In this document: positions 38,540-51,139 of the stretch, in pieces | Position numbering within the stretch: the stretch's first letter is position 1 | Layout: every line of letters starts with the position of its first letter | Assembly (NCBI GenBank): GCA_036172245.1 | Contig: JAYWIR010000027.1 | Coordinates: 1-64,000, forward strand | Direction: 5' to 3' | Origin: Raillietiella orientalis | Taxonomy: Eukaryota | DNA length: 64,000 nucleotides | The notes under the pieces: generated by a model | Databases searched by the model: none | The model's input: the letters and a program-made list of their open reading frames with translations, nothing else | What the model was told of the DNA's origin: nothing | Program-made: the position numbers and the translations under genes

Positions 38540-39900
38540 TTCAGTCGAGCAGACGTTTCTTTTTGAGGGGTGGTATTGAGAAGGAGGCGAAGATTGGTGT
38601 CATGCTGCCAAAGACCATCCTTCGGTGCTCTTCGACGCTGGAAGCAGGTGACATTGGCTTGTGGACAGCTTGCCGAGGGAGCGGGATCAGCGTCGCGATG
38701 CCGTGACCGCAGTTCTGCTGCCACGGGTCGTCGTCGCCGTTGTATTCGAATGGCACTCTGACGGATGCCGAAAGTCACCTTGCAGGAACATGAGTTGATG
38801 GCGGCCATCCCCACTCGGTGCGTCTACGCGGCTTCAGGATCGCGAGGAAGGTGGTTGCTTACGGCTGCACAGCGTGTCAGTTGCAGGCGTCGAGCTCTCT
38901 CGAGCGCTGCTGGCGAACTCCAGGCGCTTTGTGCTCCCGCTCCCGGAGGGAGACAGCAGCTCCACTGCACGGGTTGCGCAAGACCGCCCTCTTCCTTTTC
39001 TCTTCCAGGAAGACCAGCAGAGAGGCTGAAGCAGAAGGGCCGCCTCCGAAGGATTGTGGAGACTTGGCGGCGCCCTTCCCCTTCGGGGGACATCGTCGTC
39101 CGCTTGGCTCTCCCTTTCGAGGGTAGCGGATGCACATGAAGCTGCCTTCTTCTAGGGTGCAGGAGGACGCTGCCACGTCTCTTGCTTGTCTGGCGCTCCT
39201 TGGCATCCGCTTCCCACTCCACTCCAAACAGTTCTTTTCCTCCGAAGCAAAGTTTTATCTTTAAGGTGTATGGATTAATTAGTAATTTTTCTGTAGTAAT
39301 GAAGGTTTATTTATTTTAATTAATTCTAAAATAATTTGGAGGTGCTGGTGCAGAAAGTGCTGAGGACTCAGCGTGCAGAAGTGCCGATGTGCCCCTCGCT
39401 GCATGAGCGACCGGCCAACACACAGCCATGCTGCTGGGGGGGCGGCGCCGTCGCAGCGAGCCGGAGACCGGTCGCGCCCAAGGTCGGTGACGCCGATGGG
39501 CTCGTGGAAGCTCCCCTGTGGTGGGCGTGGAAGGACTCTGAGCTTCCACGAGAGCGCCTTATGTCGTGCGCGCCATCCGAGCCCCCCATCCGTCCTCCGC
39601 CGCCGATGTGCTCCGGTCGAATGTTCGAGACCCAACAAGGGAATGCTCGAAAGCGGGATGGCTGGATGCTGAGGAGCTGAGAACCTGCAATCGAGATCCT
39701 CTGCGAGTCACGCTTCCTGACCAAAGCAGGCAGCTGCACGTGGGTTTGCGTTTCTTCGCACGCGTGAATTGTGCAGTGCCGCCTACTTATTTCTGTGTGT
39801 GATGATTGCGTAGATGGTAACTGGAGGTTAGATAGGAGGTCAGGGCTTGGGATTTCGTCCTCATCCGATGGTGCATCAAAAGGCTCCCTTCCCATCATTC
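38540..39900 (-). mobile_element. Degenerate L1/Tx1-like ORF2 C-terminal fragment
   Basis: CWVSNIRPEHIGGGG (ORF 39368..39898) and GGLGWRARHKALSWKL (ORF 39279..39638; cf. GGLG-D--RNKALL-KW). The 38.6-kb part is a diverged homolog of 60.7 kb (ccaaagaccatcc...ttggcttg). Confidence 0.45.
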
Positions 39901-40063
39901 GAAGGGACTCCCATTGTTTGATCGGAAGAGGGAAACTGTCTGCGCCAATTTATTCCTGGGACTGCTTTCTCTTCAGCGAGGATCTTCACCCGACGGATTC
40001 TTCGATGGCATTTTAGATCATTGCATACAGGCAGGGCGGAGTCTGCGCGTATAGGGATGGCTG

Positions 40064-40922
40064 CTAGCGGCCCTGCGTGCGGTGCTCCTGGAGCGTGTTG
40101 ATTTCTCTTCTGCAAGCGACCTCGATGGTGATGGCAATCACTTTTTGCTCTCCAGTCATGCAAGAAGAGAAAATCATCGTATGAGGGAAATCATTTGTGG
40201 CGCACTCAAAGTTCTGCTCGGCAAGCAAGAGCAGGAATCCCTCGCGTTCCTTCATCTGTACTACTCCATGCCGCCGGTTGTCGACTGAGATGCATGGAAG
40301 GAAAAAAAACTCCAAGTGGTCGCTCGCTCGAGGATCCTTGCCGCGCAAAAAGTGGAGGATAGGATTTTCCGTGCCTGCGACCACTGTAGCGGCACGGAAA
40401 ATCAAAGCCTGCTTGTGACAGAGTTGTCTCGACCACAGTTGAGTGAAAACGCGGTTTACGCTGTATCTATGGAGGCTGAATGAAACGCGGAAACGCGTTT
40501 CAAAAACCGGATCTCGTGATGACAAGTCGCTGAAGTCCGCCCTGAGGACCGAAGCCTTCTCCCTGCTTATTAGACAAGGCCATGTGAAGCGCAATGGGAA
40601 CGGCGCAGCAAAACCTTGTAAGAATAGAAGAATCGTCCACATCCAGCGATGTGGCTGCGACTAATGCACCAGCGGTACAGCGATCCAAGCGTTCTTCGTA
40701 TACGAAATCTCGTACGCCGACTGGTGGTACTTCTCGCAACATTTTGGTTCTGGGAAGGATTTTCTGGTCTTCCTGCCATCCTCGAAGCAGTGGCAGCTTG
40801 GTCGCAGGTAGTGCATATGCATCCATTTTGTTGCTGAGATGCTGGAGATCTTTCTCTTCGATTTCAACCTCTTTCGCCAAGTTTATTGTTTGCAGCTGTG
40901 TCTGTGTCATCTTCGACTGCAA
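40064..40922 (-). mobile_element. Two abutting L1/Tx1-like ORF2 fragments
   Basis: VPPVGVRDFVYEERLDRCTAG (zf-RVT-start-like, ORF 40500..40922) is followed by SLHRYSVNRVFTQLWS...ILHFLRGKDP...HGVVQMKEREGFLLL (ORF 40064..40642). The motif order restarts, implying two copies. Confidence 0.5.
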
Positions 40923-41233
40923 GGAGCAGCTTCACCGATGGCCGTGCCCCGTTCCCGCATGTTCCTTGCAGTCGAAGAACGTATGAATTTTCCATTTTCT
41001 TGCTTCCCAGACAGAGTCTGCCAGAGACGAAGGCGAGATTTCGAGGACCGGCTCGTTTCCTCCTCTCTTCCTTCTCCTGGAGATGGCTGCGTTCCTTGGT
41101 CCACAAGCTTGGAGCGTGGAGCAAGCGCGGCTGAGGCAGGACAACCAGGTCTATCTGGGGAGAGCTGACTGCAGAAAGGGAGGAAGGGTTGACGGCCTTC
41201 GCAAACCCCTTCCGTCCCTCAGATTTTATATGA

Positions 41234-41575
41234 CAAGAGCTCTCTGATGGACCTCAAGAAGAAACGATATTCAAACAAGAATTGGCCAAAGTAACGCAAA
41301 ATGTAAGTGTTGTAAGTAATGCTGCAGATTTGGAAGAACAGTTATTCATAAGTATTCATTCAAATGATTCCCATGATGAATCAGATTTGTTAGGCCCCAG
41401 TGAGTTGTCTCTAAGAACTGAAGTTAATGTTCCAAACATGATTGACACTGATTATCGATCAATTTATCAAGAAACAGCCTATCAGTCGTTAACTTTCATA
41501 AATGGTAAGATGTCGCCACCTGCCTATAATAATTTATCATACGCAACACTGACTCCTCTGCAACCTTTACCTCCT
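41234..41575 (+). pseudogene. onecut: Orphan fragment of a ONECUT/HNF6-class homeobox gene N-terminus (TP box), no CUT or homeodomain
   Basis: The frame of ORF 41282 gives AYQSLTFINGKMSPPAYNNLSYATLTPLQPLPP, matching the ONECUT YxTLTPLQPLPP motif. Similarity stops at 41575, where ISTxSDKF would normally follow. There is an in-frame TGA at 41231, and the segment is an AT-rich island in GC-rich flanks. Confidence 0.8.
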
Positions 41576-41628
41576 CGTCCTTCGCCTTGCACTGTCTCCT
41601 GCTGCTGCGCCGAACAGGAATCGCGAGC

Positions 41629-42541
41629 TCAGCTGAACTCCTTCAGAGGATGCCGGGAACGAGACGGCGGAATCGCCTTCTTCACCCGCACCGCGAATCT
41701 GGTAGTCATCTGCTTTGCAGTTAGTTCTCTCGGAAAACAGGAGCCGCTCTTTCTCATAAAGAAGGTGACTTCACGAAGATAATTGCGGGAAGTCACCACC
41801 ATCTGCGCCTTGGACAGCCAGACGATGAAGGTGGAATTTCCCAAAAACCGGGACCCTTTCGCATTTGCGTACCAAATAACGTCCAGGTGCTTTCGGATGC
41901 TAAAGGATATGTTTCGAAGAACCTGAGCTTCTCTGTTCGTTTCCAGGGAGCAGGGGGCCTTGGAAACAGGGAGAAGAATGCACTGTAGAGCTCGCCCGGC
42001 AAATAACCTCCTTGGGTGCTGCTTTCCCTTCCCTCAGCTTCACGAAAGACTCCCGAAAATCTCTTCTTATCCCGCTCTCCTAATCTCTGAGGCCGTGCTC
42101 TCTTGCGTGACAGCTGGTCAGGAAAGCGTGCGCGCGTCCGCGTCTAGCGTCCGCGTCTTGCGTCCACGTCCTCCAGTTCTCGGGGGCAAGTCGGTGCCGC
42201 TCGAGCGGTCACGTCCCCCTGCAGCTCCTCCTCACTCGCCATCGACCCTATTTTTTCCTGTTGAGCACCCGGGCGCTCAGAGGCATGTCTTCTGAGAATG
42301 CGTTTCCGAAGAAACACTCGCACCAAGGGCCATCCAAGTTTGTTGTCATTTCCGGTCGCTTTCTGCCGGAAGAAGCCCCAGAGGCGATGCTGCTAAGGAG
42401 CAGGATGACCGCGGAGAGACCAGCTTTGGGAAGTGTGGTATGGAGGGAAAAGAGAGAGAACACCACGGAATTAGTGTATTGATTGTGCCTGTAGATGGGG
42501 GATGTGTTTGCGAATGCCGTCTTCCGCATCCGGTCAAGCAT
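41629..42541 (-). mobile_element. Degenerate L1/Tx1-like ORF2 C-terminal fragment
   Basis: LDRMRKTAF...NQYTNSVVFSLFSLHTTLP...SGRKRP (42248..42541), ELYSAFF...PPAPWK (41793..42002) and STFIVWLSKAQMVVT (41629..41844), in the expected order; weak matches. Confidence 0.35.
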
Positions 42542-43213
42542 ACTGATGAGTATCTAATTGGGCGCTGTTGGGTGCGGCCGTCTCATTTCTACCTGCGAGA
42601 GACAAGCCGAGTGTCTACGAACGCCATCTCCGATCGCGCTTGGCTTTGCTTGCGCATCGTTGAAGCGCGCACTCGCGCCCGTGGATGACGCATGCCCCGG
42701 CCCGAAGAGTCGACCAGCCCGACAATCACGGGACTTCGCCCTCACCTCGGGTTGGCGCGCGAGGCTGCGTGAGCCATGCCAGCGCTGTCCAGAAACCCCA
42801 CGGACAGAAACGACGGCTCTTCGCCACTCGGTGGATCAAACGGCACTGCAAAGAAATGGGAAAAGCTCGAAGCGGGGGGGAGACTGCCTCGTCTGCCGTT
42901 CCTGTTTCGAGCTCCTCGCGCGAGGACAAGTGAGCGTCCGCTCCCTACCTTCTCTTGACCTCTCCTTGGGGAGGACGACCTCTCTGCGCCGTTTGCTACA
43001 TCTTCTGCTTTCTTCGTGGGTGCTCAAAGAGAAAGAGTAGGGCGAGAGGGAACCGAGAACTGGGCGTATTCCTCGAAGGCTTCGTGGCTTCTGGGAACGA
43101 ACTCCACGGGACTGTCCAACCGGCAACCTGCGTTCGCCTGCCTCCGGGGTGTGCGACTCTATTGGTCACCAAACGAAAGCCGTCTGAGGATCAGCGGGTC
43201 TTCTGCGGACGTC

Positions 43214-44623
43214 TTAACCCATCATGAATTCATTTTCCCGGACAGCGAGGAGAGACGTGCACCAAGCGGGAGGCGCGAAAAGAAGAGGTCTTGACCGGAA
43301 ACGTTGCGAGAAAATCCCAGGATTCTCTGCGGCGCGCGAGCGAAATCGGAAAGAAACCGACGAGCGGCCGTAACGCCTCGCCGGGAAAGGGAGGAAAAGC
43401 AGGAAGGTGGAGGAAACCGGAAACCTCGGATCTCTTTCGAAACATCTATTGAGTCTTGCAAGGACTCCGACGAAGATTCGGAATTTCGGCTGGACCCATT
43501 GCAGGAAGAACAAGTGGTTTGGAACTGGGAATATCGGTTTGCAACTCTATAATTATTTTCCCTCGCCTTGCGACTCGGAGGTGATTCCTGTACTTTGCAG
43601 TTTGTGCGGGAATGTCGTCTGATAGCTTCACAGCGATGCGAGTCTTCTGCGAGGAGGTCTTTTCAGATGCTCGGGCAAACGCTTGCAGTCTGGTGCTTGG
43701 TTTGCGTCCAGAAGGGGGGAATTCTGTCCTGGTTGGTTCCCGTTTCCTGATGAGTAATTTTTTCGTATGCTCTGGTAGTTTCTCTCCCAGAGGGATTTTG
43801 GTGTCATGCTGATGCTGGAAGCCTCGACCGATGCTGGGTGCAGCAAACCAGATTGGTTTTCTTTTGGTCTTGTGAATTACTGTTTTAAAGCTGTATCCTA
43901 ATTCTTCAGTTGTGTTGGTCGGCTGAAGCCTTTCTTTCGGTTGCGAAGCGACGGAAGCAGCCTGGATCTCTCGGAAGCGTTACGTGGTTTTTCTCCAGTT
44001 CCTTCCCGCTTTCACGAAATGCGATGCTCCCTTCCCCAACCCTTGCTCGCGTCCGTGGATGAAAGCCGGACTGAAATAACGGGAGCGTACATTGCCCTCA
44101 AGAACTTTCTCGTTCGAGTTGGGCGGCTGTCGAACTGACAGGTGAGGGTTCTTTCTGCTACCTCCAGGATTACAGTCTCCCCCCTTCATGGACGCGGACA
44201 GTGGCCTCCTCTTCGCCCTTCGGACGATGGCTGTGATGGTGAGAAATCCAAGCAAGAAGCCCATCGCTTCTTGAAGGGAGGAGGTCTCGGCTGGCAAGGG
44301 AACCTTCCTCCTTTGGAGGACGGATGGAAAAGTGCGCTTTCTGAAAATCCACACCAAGAAAAGGCGCGCTCGTCCTCCGCCCGAGGCTGTAGACGAATGA
44401 AAACTGGCCGAGAGTGACACGGTAGGAGACGAAAATAAGAGACGAGAGAAGGGACTGACTTGAGATCATGCCGCCCCCGAAAGTCACGATCTGGAAAATC
44501 GGATGCGGAAGCAGGTTGAATAAGCGCGAATATGGCTATGTACTTGAGCAAGTGGATGAATGGGTAGCTAAAAAAGCAGTTAGATGAATGAGAGTGTACA
44601 GCTGGATGCACTTGGATGGCCAA
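43214..44623 (-). mobile_element. Degenerate L1/Tx1-like ORF2 C-terminal fragment
   Basis: FRGRHDLKSVPSLVSYFRLLP (44186..44623), LFLVWIFRKRTFPSVLQRRKVPLP (43980..44420) and a weak zf-RVT-like PKFRIFVGVLARLNRCFERDPRFP (43214..43513). Confidence 0.45.
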
Positions 44624-44803
44624 CTCAACAAAAGCCTCAAATTGAATGTCGGAGGAGCCTCCGTCAAGCCCAGCGCTTTGGACCCCGTTCCATCTCTATT
44701 GCAAATCCCGCCATACTTGCAGCTGAAGTCCCTGAGTTCTTAAGCCTCCTAAAGATGGCAGGAGACTAGCCTGAAAAGCGATACCAGTAGTTGCCAAGAC
44801 GTC

Positions 44804-45281
44804 TCACCTCTGAAATTTCGCTTCGGTATGACCTAGGCAAAGAGTAGCCTTTCCGAAGATATTAAAAAAAAAAAAAAAATTACCGCCGTTACAGGTCACA
44901 CAGAAACTGGGAGTAGCTCGCATAATAGTCGGGATGGCTGGTTTTCGGAATGGCACCCGCCGAACGGCATAGACGGGATGCAGAGTTACATCCCCAAGCC
45001 GTGATGCTTTTTTGAACGGAAATTGCACGCGCCTTGGTTCCAACAATCTCTGTATTCCTGTCGTGGACTTATTGCGCCAAATAAATAGGTGGAGTGAAGG
45101 TTTGGGAGCTGACTCTTCTATCTTTGGGTTGGAATGAAGTGGGTTCCGTAATGGCATCGGCGATGAAATTCCATTTGTCCTGTAAGGACATTTTGACGAT
45201 TTCAATCCACTTCCGGATTTCCCGGAGAGCGTGCCGTGTCGTATCTCGGATATTCTGATCTTTTAGCTCTCCCGGTTCCAA
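44804..45281 (-). mobile_element. Degenerate L1/Tx1-like ORF2 post-RT fragment
   Basis: EIRKWIEIVKMSLQDKWNFI (45069..45281), then LHLFIWRNK...RRVQFPFKKASRLGDVTL (44804..45205; cf. FIW-NK...LP-K-GGLGL-DL). Confidence 0.55.
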
Positions 45282-45614
45282 GAGTTTCCTGATGAGACAA
45301 GAGAAAAAGTCACCTCAGCGAAGTTGTCTCCAGAGAAAAAATTATCAAATACTTTCAAAATTGTGAACGAGAAGCCTTTCCCGCGAGATTCTGAATGCAC
45401 GGATCCGGTCGCACCATGACCCTTCCTTAACAACCAAGATTAAGTTTCCGTCCCACGAAGTTCCCCAGTTTTTTTTTCACCCGGAATCTTTCCTTGGTAC
45501 CAAGACGAGTACCACCGTTCCTTTTACCTTTCCGATTCCTGAGAGCTCAAAGCTGTGGTCCAAATCAGACCTTCGGCGAACATTTCCGAAGAAGGAAACT
45601 TGGACTGGGGCTGC

Positions 45615-45995
45615 TATGAGGCTCACCTCAAAAGTAAGGGCCGATCAAATATAAAGGAAGAACAAATAATAGAAAGAAAAGTATGTTCCTGGTTCCAAAC
45701 ACATACATTTCCATGTCATTATTCTACGTAGTCACCATTTTTTTCCAAACACTTTGGATACCGTGGGACGAGCTTTTCGAAACCGTCTGCATGGAATTCC
45801 GCCGCCTGGGGGCTCAGTCAATCCAGCAGTACTGAAAGTTTTCAACTCCTCCCTTTCCCCCTCGAATCGTCGAGCCACTTCTTGAGGTGGAGGAAGACGT
45901 GGTGGTCACTGGGGGCGAGGTCAGGACTGGGTGATCAAAAACTTCCCATTTGACTTTCCGAATGGTATGGAATGTGCGGACAGCAGTGTGTGGGA
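45615..45995 (-). mobile_element. Mariner (Tc1/mariner) transposon 3' relic with terminal inverted repeat
   Basis: Minus strand reads HTAVRT...KWEVFDHP / SPDLAPSDHHVFLHLKKWL ... QAAEFHADGFEKLVPRYPKCLEKNGDYVE*, the mariner C-terminus with frameshifts. It ends in a mariner-type terminus, TA-TGAGGCTCACCTCAAAAGTAAGGGCCG, at 45615. Confidence 0.92.
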
Positions 45996-46220
45996 TTAAA
46001 CGGGAGTGCTTTTGGTGGACTCTGTGGAGTCTGGAATGACCATCACTTCGCAAGCCTACTGTGTAGAAACACTTTCAACGCTGTGGCACGCCGTTCAGAA
46101 CCGGCGACATGGAATGCTGAGACTAGGAATCGTTCCTCTCCTTCCCTACAACGTGGACCTTGACAACACAAGCTGTTTGAGTCCTGACCTCGCCCCCAGT
46201 GACCACCACGTCTTCCTCGA
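45996..46220 (+). mobile_element. Mariner transposase catalytic-domain relic in the opposite orientation
   Basis: GVLLVDSVESGMTITSQAYCVETLSTLWHAVQNRRHGML...SPDLAPSDHHVFL (ORF 46006..), typical of the mariner DDD domain, with an internal deletion. Confidence 0.9.
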
Positions 46221-46937
46221 TACGATGCTGCAACTATGTGACTTTGCAGCTATGAGCTTTAGTATTAACCACATCCCTAAAGGGTTTTGTACTAAGGTAC
46301 AAAGCTATAAATGTATCCACGATTTTCCTACAACTGAATTGCGGAGAAAAGCTTGGCTGAAGCGGGTTGTTCAAAGCCATACATCGCTTGTTCATAGAGA
46401 CTGAACGTTCACTTCTGTAATACGGGGTAGGCAATACAGCGTGTTTGTACAGTAACGTTCCGAACCCACTATGTCAGTTGCACAAGTTTCAAAACTCTCC
46501 TTCACGGAAGGAGCAAACCCCAAAATTTTGATCTCTTTCTTGTTCACAAAACAAACAACCCGGGCATGCTTACCCCTCTCTGTAGCTGCAGATTTGCTCT
46601 TCCTTGTATTCCTTGTACGAACGAAGGATTCTATCCAGCAGCCTTCCAACATCTCTCTGCGTGACAATGCTGGAAAACAGAATCGAATTAGAACCAGCTT
46701 TCGTCCCGGAAACGAAAGTGACTTTCAAGCATGCTGCTGTTTCTCTGGCTGCATCTTGCTTTACTGATCACGGGCAATATGGCATGCATTAGTGGTTTCG
46801 GTGGATGCGACTGCCATTTCGTACTGTGGCCAATTACCAATGTGAGCTTCGGGGTTGAGCATTAAGTATTTTCAAGTTGATTGAGAGAGTGATTCGTTGC
46901 ATAGCAAAGCAATACAACTTGCCTTGGAGCCTCACGC

Positions 46938-47443
46938 CTACCAGAAGCAAGGTGAGCCACTGTCAAGATTAAGATGAAGTACAGAAATTTCGAAGTGACC
47001 ATCTCGACACTTGGATTTGGTAATCCTGAAATGAAACAGATGCCAATTACTTAATCTCAGGAGCTTGGAGCTTGAAAAGTTCCCGAGAGGGTAGCGGCCT
47101 GAATTCAGAGAGGAATCGTTAGAATGATCTCGCGCAAGCATATGTTTCGCCCACCACAGAATCCCACCTCCAAAGGCTGCGCCCAAGTTGGCACATGAGA
47201 AAAAAAGACGTCCTCTCATCACAGGGAAGCACGAGAGAATGTAACCGTGAGACGAAAAATTAGTGACAGATCCAGCGTTTTGATGAGATGGTCACGGAAA
47301 AAATCGCAGCATCGCGGATTGAAACTTCCGGGAGAAACTCTTGAAACAGGAAATGACAGCTCATAGAGAAGAGCATTCGAGTTTCGTGAGGTTTCCTTAG
47401 GGAGGACACGTGAATGGAAAATCCCTCTACTTGACTCGTTCAT
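46938..47443 (-). mobile_element. Degenerate L1/Tx1-like ORF2 post-RT fragment
   Basis: CDFFRDHLIKTLDLSLIFRLTVTF (47219..47443), then ILWWAKHMLARDHSNDSSLNSGRYPLGNFSSSKLLRLSNW (46938..47222). Confidence 0.55.
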
Positions 47444-48149
47444 CGAAAGAGAAGGGATCCCTTCTTGCGGAGTGCTGCATAGGAACAGAAACCACTAAGA
47501 GATGTGCCATCTCTAGGAAAGAAGAAAGCTAAACATATACTCACTCAGACTACTCGACACGAACTGATCCCCATGAGTCGATGTTGTCCTTTTATACCTC
47601 GAAATGCTCTTAGGTGACCCGAGAGGTATCCCATATCGAATGTTTCAGCCTGGATGCAATCAGTTCTGTAATTTCATCCCGGTGATGCTAAAAGTTGCTT
47701 GCAAATTGCGCTCGAAAGGATGATTAGGTGAGCGCGAGCAGCTGAATTCCATCAGGTGTCTCCCTTTCCTGCACGTTCCACTGGAGAGCCCCTCAGGAGC
47801 TCCTCCTTTGCGAGTTCGTGTAGTGCTCCTGTGCAAACTCAAAGGGTGGCCGTCTAACCGTCTGCTTCCACATCTCCAAGCACAGAATCCGGGCATTCCT
47901 GGCCATTCGAGAGCAGTTGCGGACTGCAAAAGAAATGCTCAGCAAAAGACGAAGAGGCACAGCTCACCTCTTGCTTTGGAACCACTCGAGGGCGTTCGCG
48001 CTCACGCCTCCTCGCTTCATTTCGGGTACCTCCGTTATCTCTCCCCGTCGCTTCCCCATGGAAGAGGCCGCCGAAAAGAAACGCTGAGGTGGTCTTTCCA
48101 CGAGATCTGCGCAAGCAGCCTGCGTAATCGAAGGTCAGGATTGGTAGAA

Positions 48150-49300
48150 GGTCATGATGGTAAACTGACTTCCCCGGCATGCTTCCCGTGTTCTCGGGTG
48201 GGAAAGGGAGGTAAGACAGGAATCCCTTGAAACTGAAGATGCCTCTGGCTTGTTTGGTACACTGAAGGGATATTCTCATTCTCTATTCTCATATTCATGA
48301 TGTGGAATCTGTCCTTATGGATGTTGATTCTCCACAAAGTACTGGACTCCATCAATAATTCGTTTCCGCTGGCTGAGTCTTACTTGAAACCCCTGGATTT
48401 CCTCCGAATTCACCATGGATTGGCGGTGATGGCGAAGAGGAAGGATGAAGACATTGACCAGGATGCCCAGGCTTTCCGAACGTTGCTAGGGGATCCAAGA
48501 AAATCCTTCTACCTTTGAAGATCCTGGCCACCGTCGCTATCATAGTTTCGTGGTCCAGTTCTGGCGGCTCTCCAGTATCAGCAGTCTGGGATAAGGAGGA
48601 CTGATATGGTGGGCGACCACAGATAGAGACCGAAAAGTCTCTTCCTCCTGCAACCAAGTCAAATGGCGTTGTCTTCTGGTGATAGTTTTCTGCACGAGAA
48701 GGCAAAGCATTCAAGGCAGGTCAACCCGTAGAGGTTGGCTATCCCGATGAACACGCAGAGTGGCAAAAATCGAGAAATTTCTTCCATCTCTGGGTGAGAC
48801 ACATTTCCTAGTGCAACCCACTATCCTATGATATGCAAAATAATCGTGTTGTGAAGACGAGAAGGAAGCAAAAAAGATTTCTTCCTTTAAGAAGTGGGAC
48901 AGTATTCGAGTCAACGACTGTCATTTCTCGAAGTCCCCATCCAAACCAGTTGTTAGCTTCCTTGCTTGCTTGGGGATGAGGCCAGTGGTATAGATCTCGT
49001 CGTGACGAACATCCTTCGATGATGGTTCCAACGAATCTTCCAGCTGTTTTTCTCCATGCTGATTCGAGGGCCTCTTGAGTTTGGTCTTCGATTTCTGTCC
49101 GCAGCTCCCACATGCAGTGGGGTGAGTTTATTGATCGACGACAACAAAGTTACATTTGCGACAACGATTCAACAAATGGCATTCTTTCGGTCGCGTTCCA
49201 TCTGCGGATTCTCACAGTTCCCTGTTTTTCCACAAACAGTGTCCTTTGGGATCTCACCAACGGGGTTGTTAGCCCAATGACCCTTTGGTGCGGGGTCATT
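48150..49300 (-). mobile_element. Degenerate L1/Tx1-like ORF2 C-terminal fragment
   Basis: ALESAWRKTAGRFVGTII...HWPHPQASKEANNWFGWGLREM (48826..49113); distal STLWRINIHK (48152..48355). Weak matches. Confidence 0.35.
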
Positions 49301-49365
49301 GGGGGCTATAAGGCGGTTCACTCACTCGGGCCGCGTCTGCGATCTTCAGCAAGATAGCGGTACGT

Positions 49366-50560
49366 TCAGGTGGGTATCCTGCCGTAGTTCCTGATCCCAA
49401 TCTCTCGCTTGATGACTCCCTGTAATAGGTCGATGGCAGACTCTGCAGCCCCCAGATTTCTCATCTTTATCCTTCTGATCACGATGCTCGTGATGAAGAA
49501 GACGATGGTGGTCCGAACCATGGGGTTGTACAGCGGGACATTTGCGTTCCTGTCAAATATTCCCATTGCATGTTGTGTTCACTCTTGTGGTCTTCTGCAA
49601 GCCAATCACCGCCTTCAGCTTGCTCCGGTCCTGGAGCAGCGTCGGGCAGGTGAGGACATCGAGCTGGGTTTCCCTGCTACCACACGCCTTGCAGAGCTCG
49701 TCATCGATGTTGCCTGTCCAGTGTGCTATTCTGTTCCCACTCAGGATGTTTCCATGGCAAAACAGGAGGTCGTCCTGAGTGCCTGGTGGTAGGTTGCTCC
49801 TGAAGACGGTAGTTCCAACTGCCTGCAGGTTCACCGTCCGTTTCCCGTAGCGGCTGTCAGCCATGGCAAGGGAGTCTTTCTCCTGGTTATGTTGCTTCAC
49901 TGAGTCGCAGATGTAAACATTGGTCACGAGGATCAAGGCGTTGATGACTGGTGCTTCCAAAGCTCTTGAGTCTTGCCGGTGAATCTTTCACTCATGGTTT
50001 GCGCCTAGCAAGACAGTCGCAGCTCATGAACGTTGCCACTGGTTGCAAACTGTTTGCAGTTGCGGATGGTCATTGCTGGTGCCTCTGGAACATCCACTTC
50101 CAAGTCTCTCTGGGTACAGGTACAAAGTACGGAATGACCATGGCCAGTTCTTCCTTTCACTGCTCTTTGCTTCTAGGCACGATCTTGAGGCGTTGTTTGG
50201 CCATCAGTGCCTGCTTCCTTTTTCACGTGGTGTCGATGTTGCCCCACTCTCCGTGTTTGCCTATGAGGCGGACATCAGACCACTCGAGTGGTTGACCAAT
50301 CTCTAGTAAGCCCTGTGGGCTGCATAAGACCGCTGTCTCCAATCAGCGGTGAGAGTCAGGAGTTGACGCGCATCCACGTGGTCGAGGGCTTCGATTCCCT
50401 TCTTCCACGCGATTGCAACAAGGAACGGGTTGGTGACGCTGCAAGCCAGAGAGAATCTACGAAACTGTTTAGGTGATAGCGTTGCTCATGATGGAGGCTC
50501 TTTTCTCAGAAGAATCGAAATGCTTCTTCATCAGGGAGAGTCCTTAAGATGAACGTTCAG
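49366..50560 (-). mobile_element. Degenerate L1/Tx1-like ORF2 C-terminal fragment with zf-RVT-like zinc knuckle (clearest copy)
   Basis: SLHHEQRYHLNSFVDSLWLAASP (~50500-50435); LEWSDVRLIGKHGEWGNIDTT*KRKQALMAK (~50290-50195); SNLPPGTQDDLLFCHGNILSGNRIAHW...LCKACGSRETQLDVLTCP (49800-49646), a CxxC...(H>D)...C knuckle. Confidence 0.68.
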
Positions 50561-51139
50561 GAAAGAGGGTACGTAGATGAAGCACAGCATGATCTTGAGG
50601 GAGCCTCCCGTCTAAGATCTGCTAACTTTACAAACAGAGTCGGGAGTGCTCAGAATGTCAGCGCCATCTGGTGCTGTGAAGAGCGAAATAGCTAGTTGTG
50701 TTTGAGGTCTTCGTAATGACCCAGTGTTCGAGACCTGAGCTGACTCTGCGCGGTTCGCGTCCACTCCGGTGCCGCACGTTCCCCGCGACAGCGCCACGTC
50801 TGGATTTTAAGCTCTTTCCTCATTCTCTTCGAATGTGTCCGAGTACTCCCTCGCTTCGCTCTCAACCCCGCTGTTATCGGAGCAGCACGTGGCAAAATCA
50901 TCGGTCATCTCGTTGCGCTTTCTTCTTTATCCCCGTAATTATAGTTGTGCCCTTCCAATGCCGGAACTTCTTTGCCTTGAGCGTCCGCAATCCACCTCCC
51001 GTACTTGGTCACTGAGAGCGTTCATATAGTTCTGCACACCTCCGCGTAAGGTAACACAAGCAGGGTCAACCCCACGGCAGTCTCCGCGCCGAGCACCCTT
51101 CACACCAAGAGGTGTGCCAAGGCGCACCGAAAAGATGTC

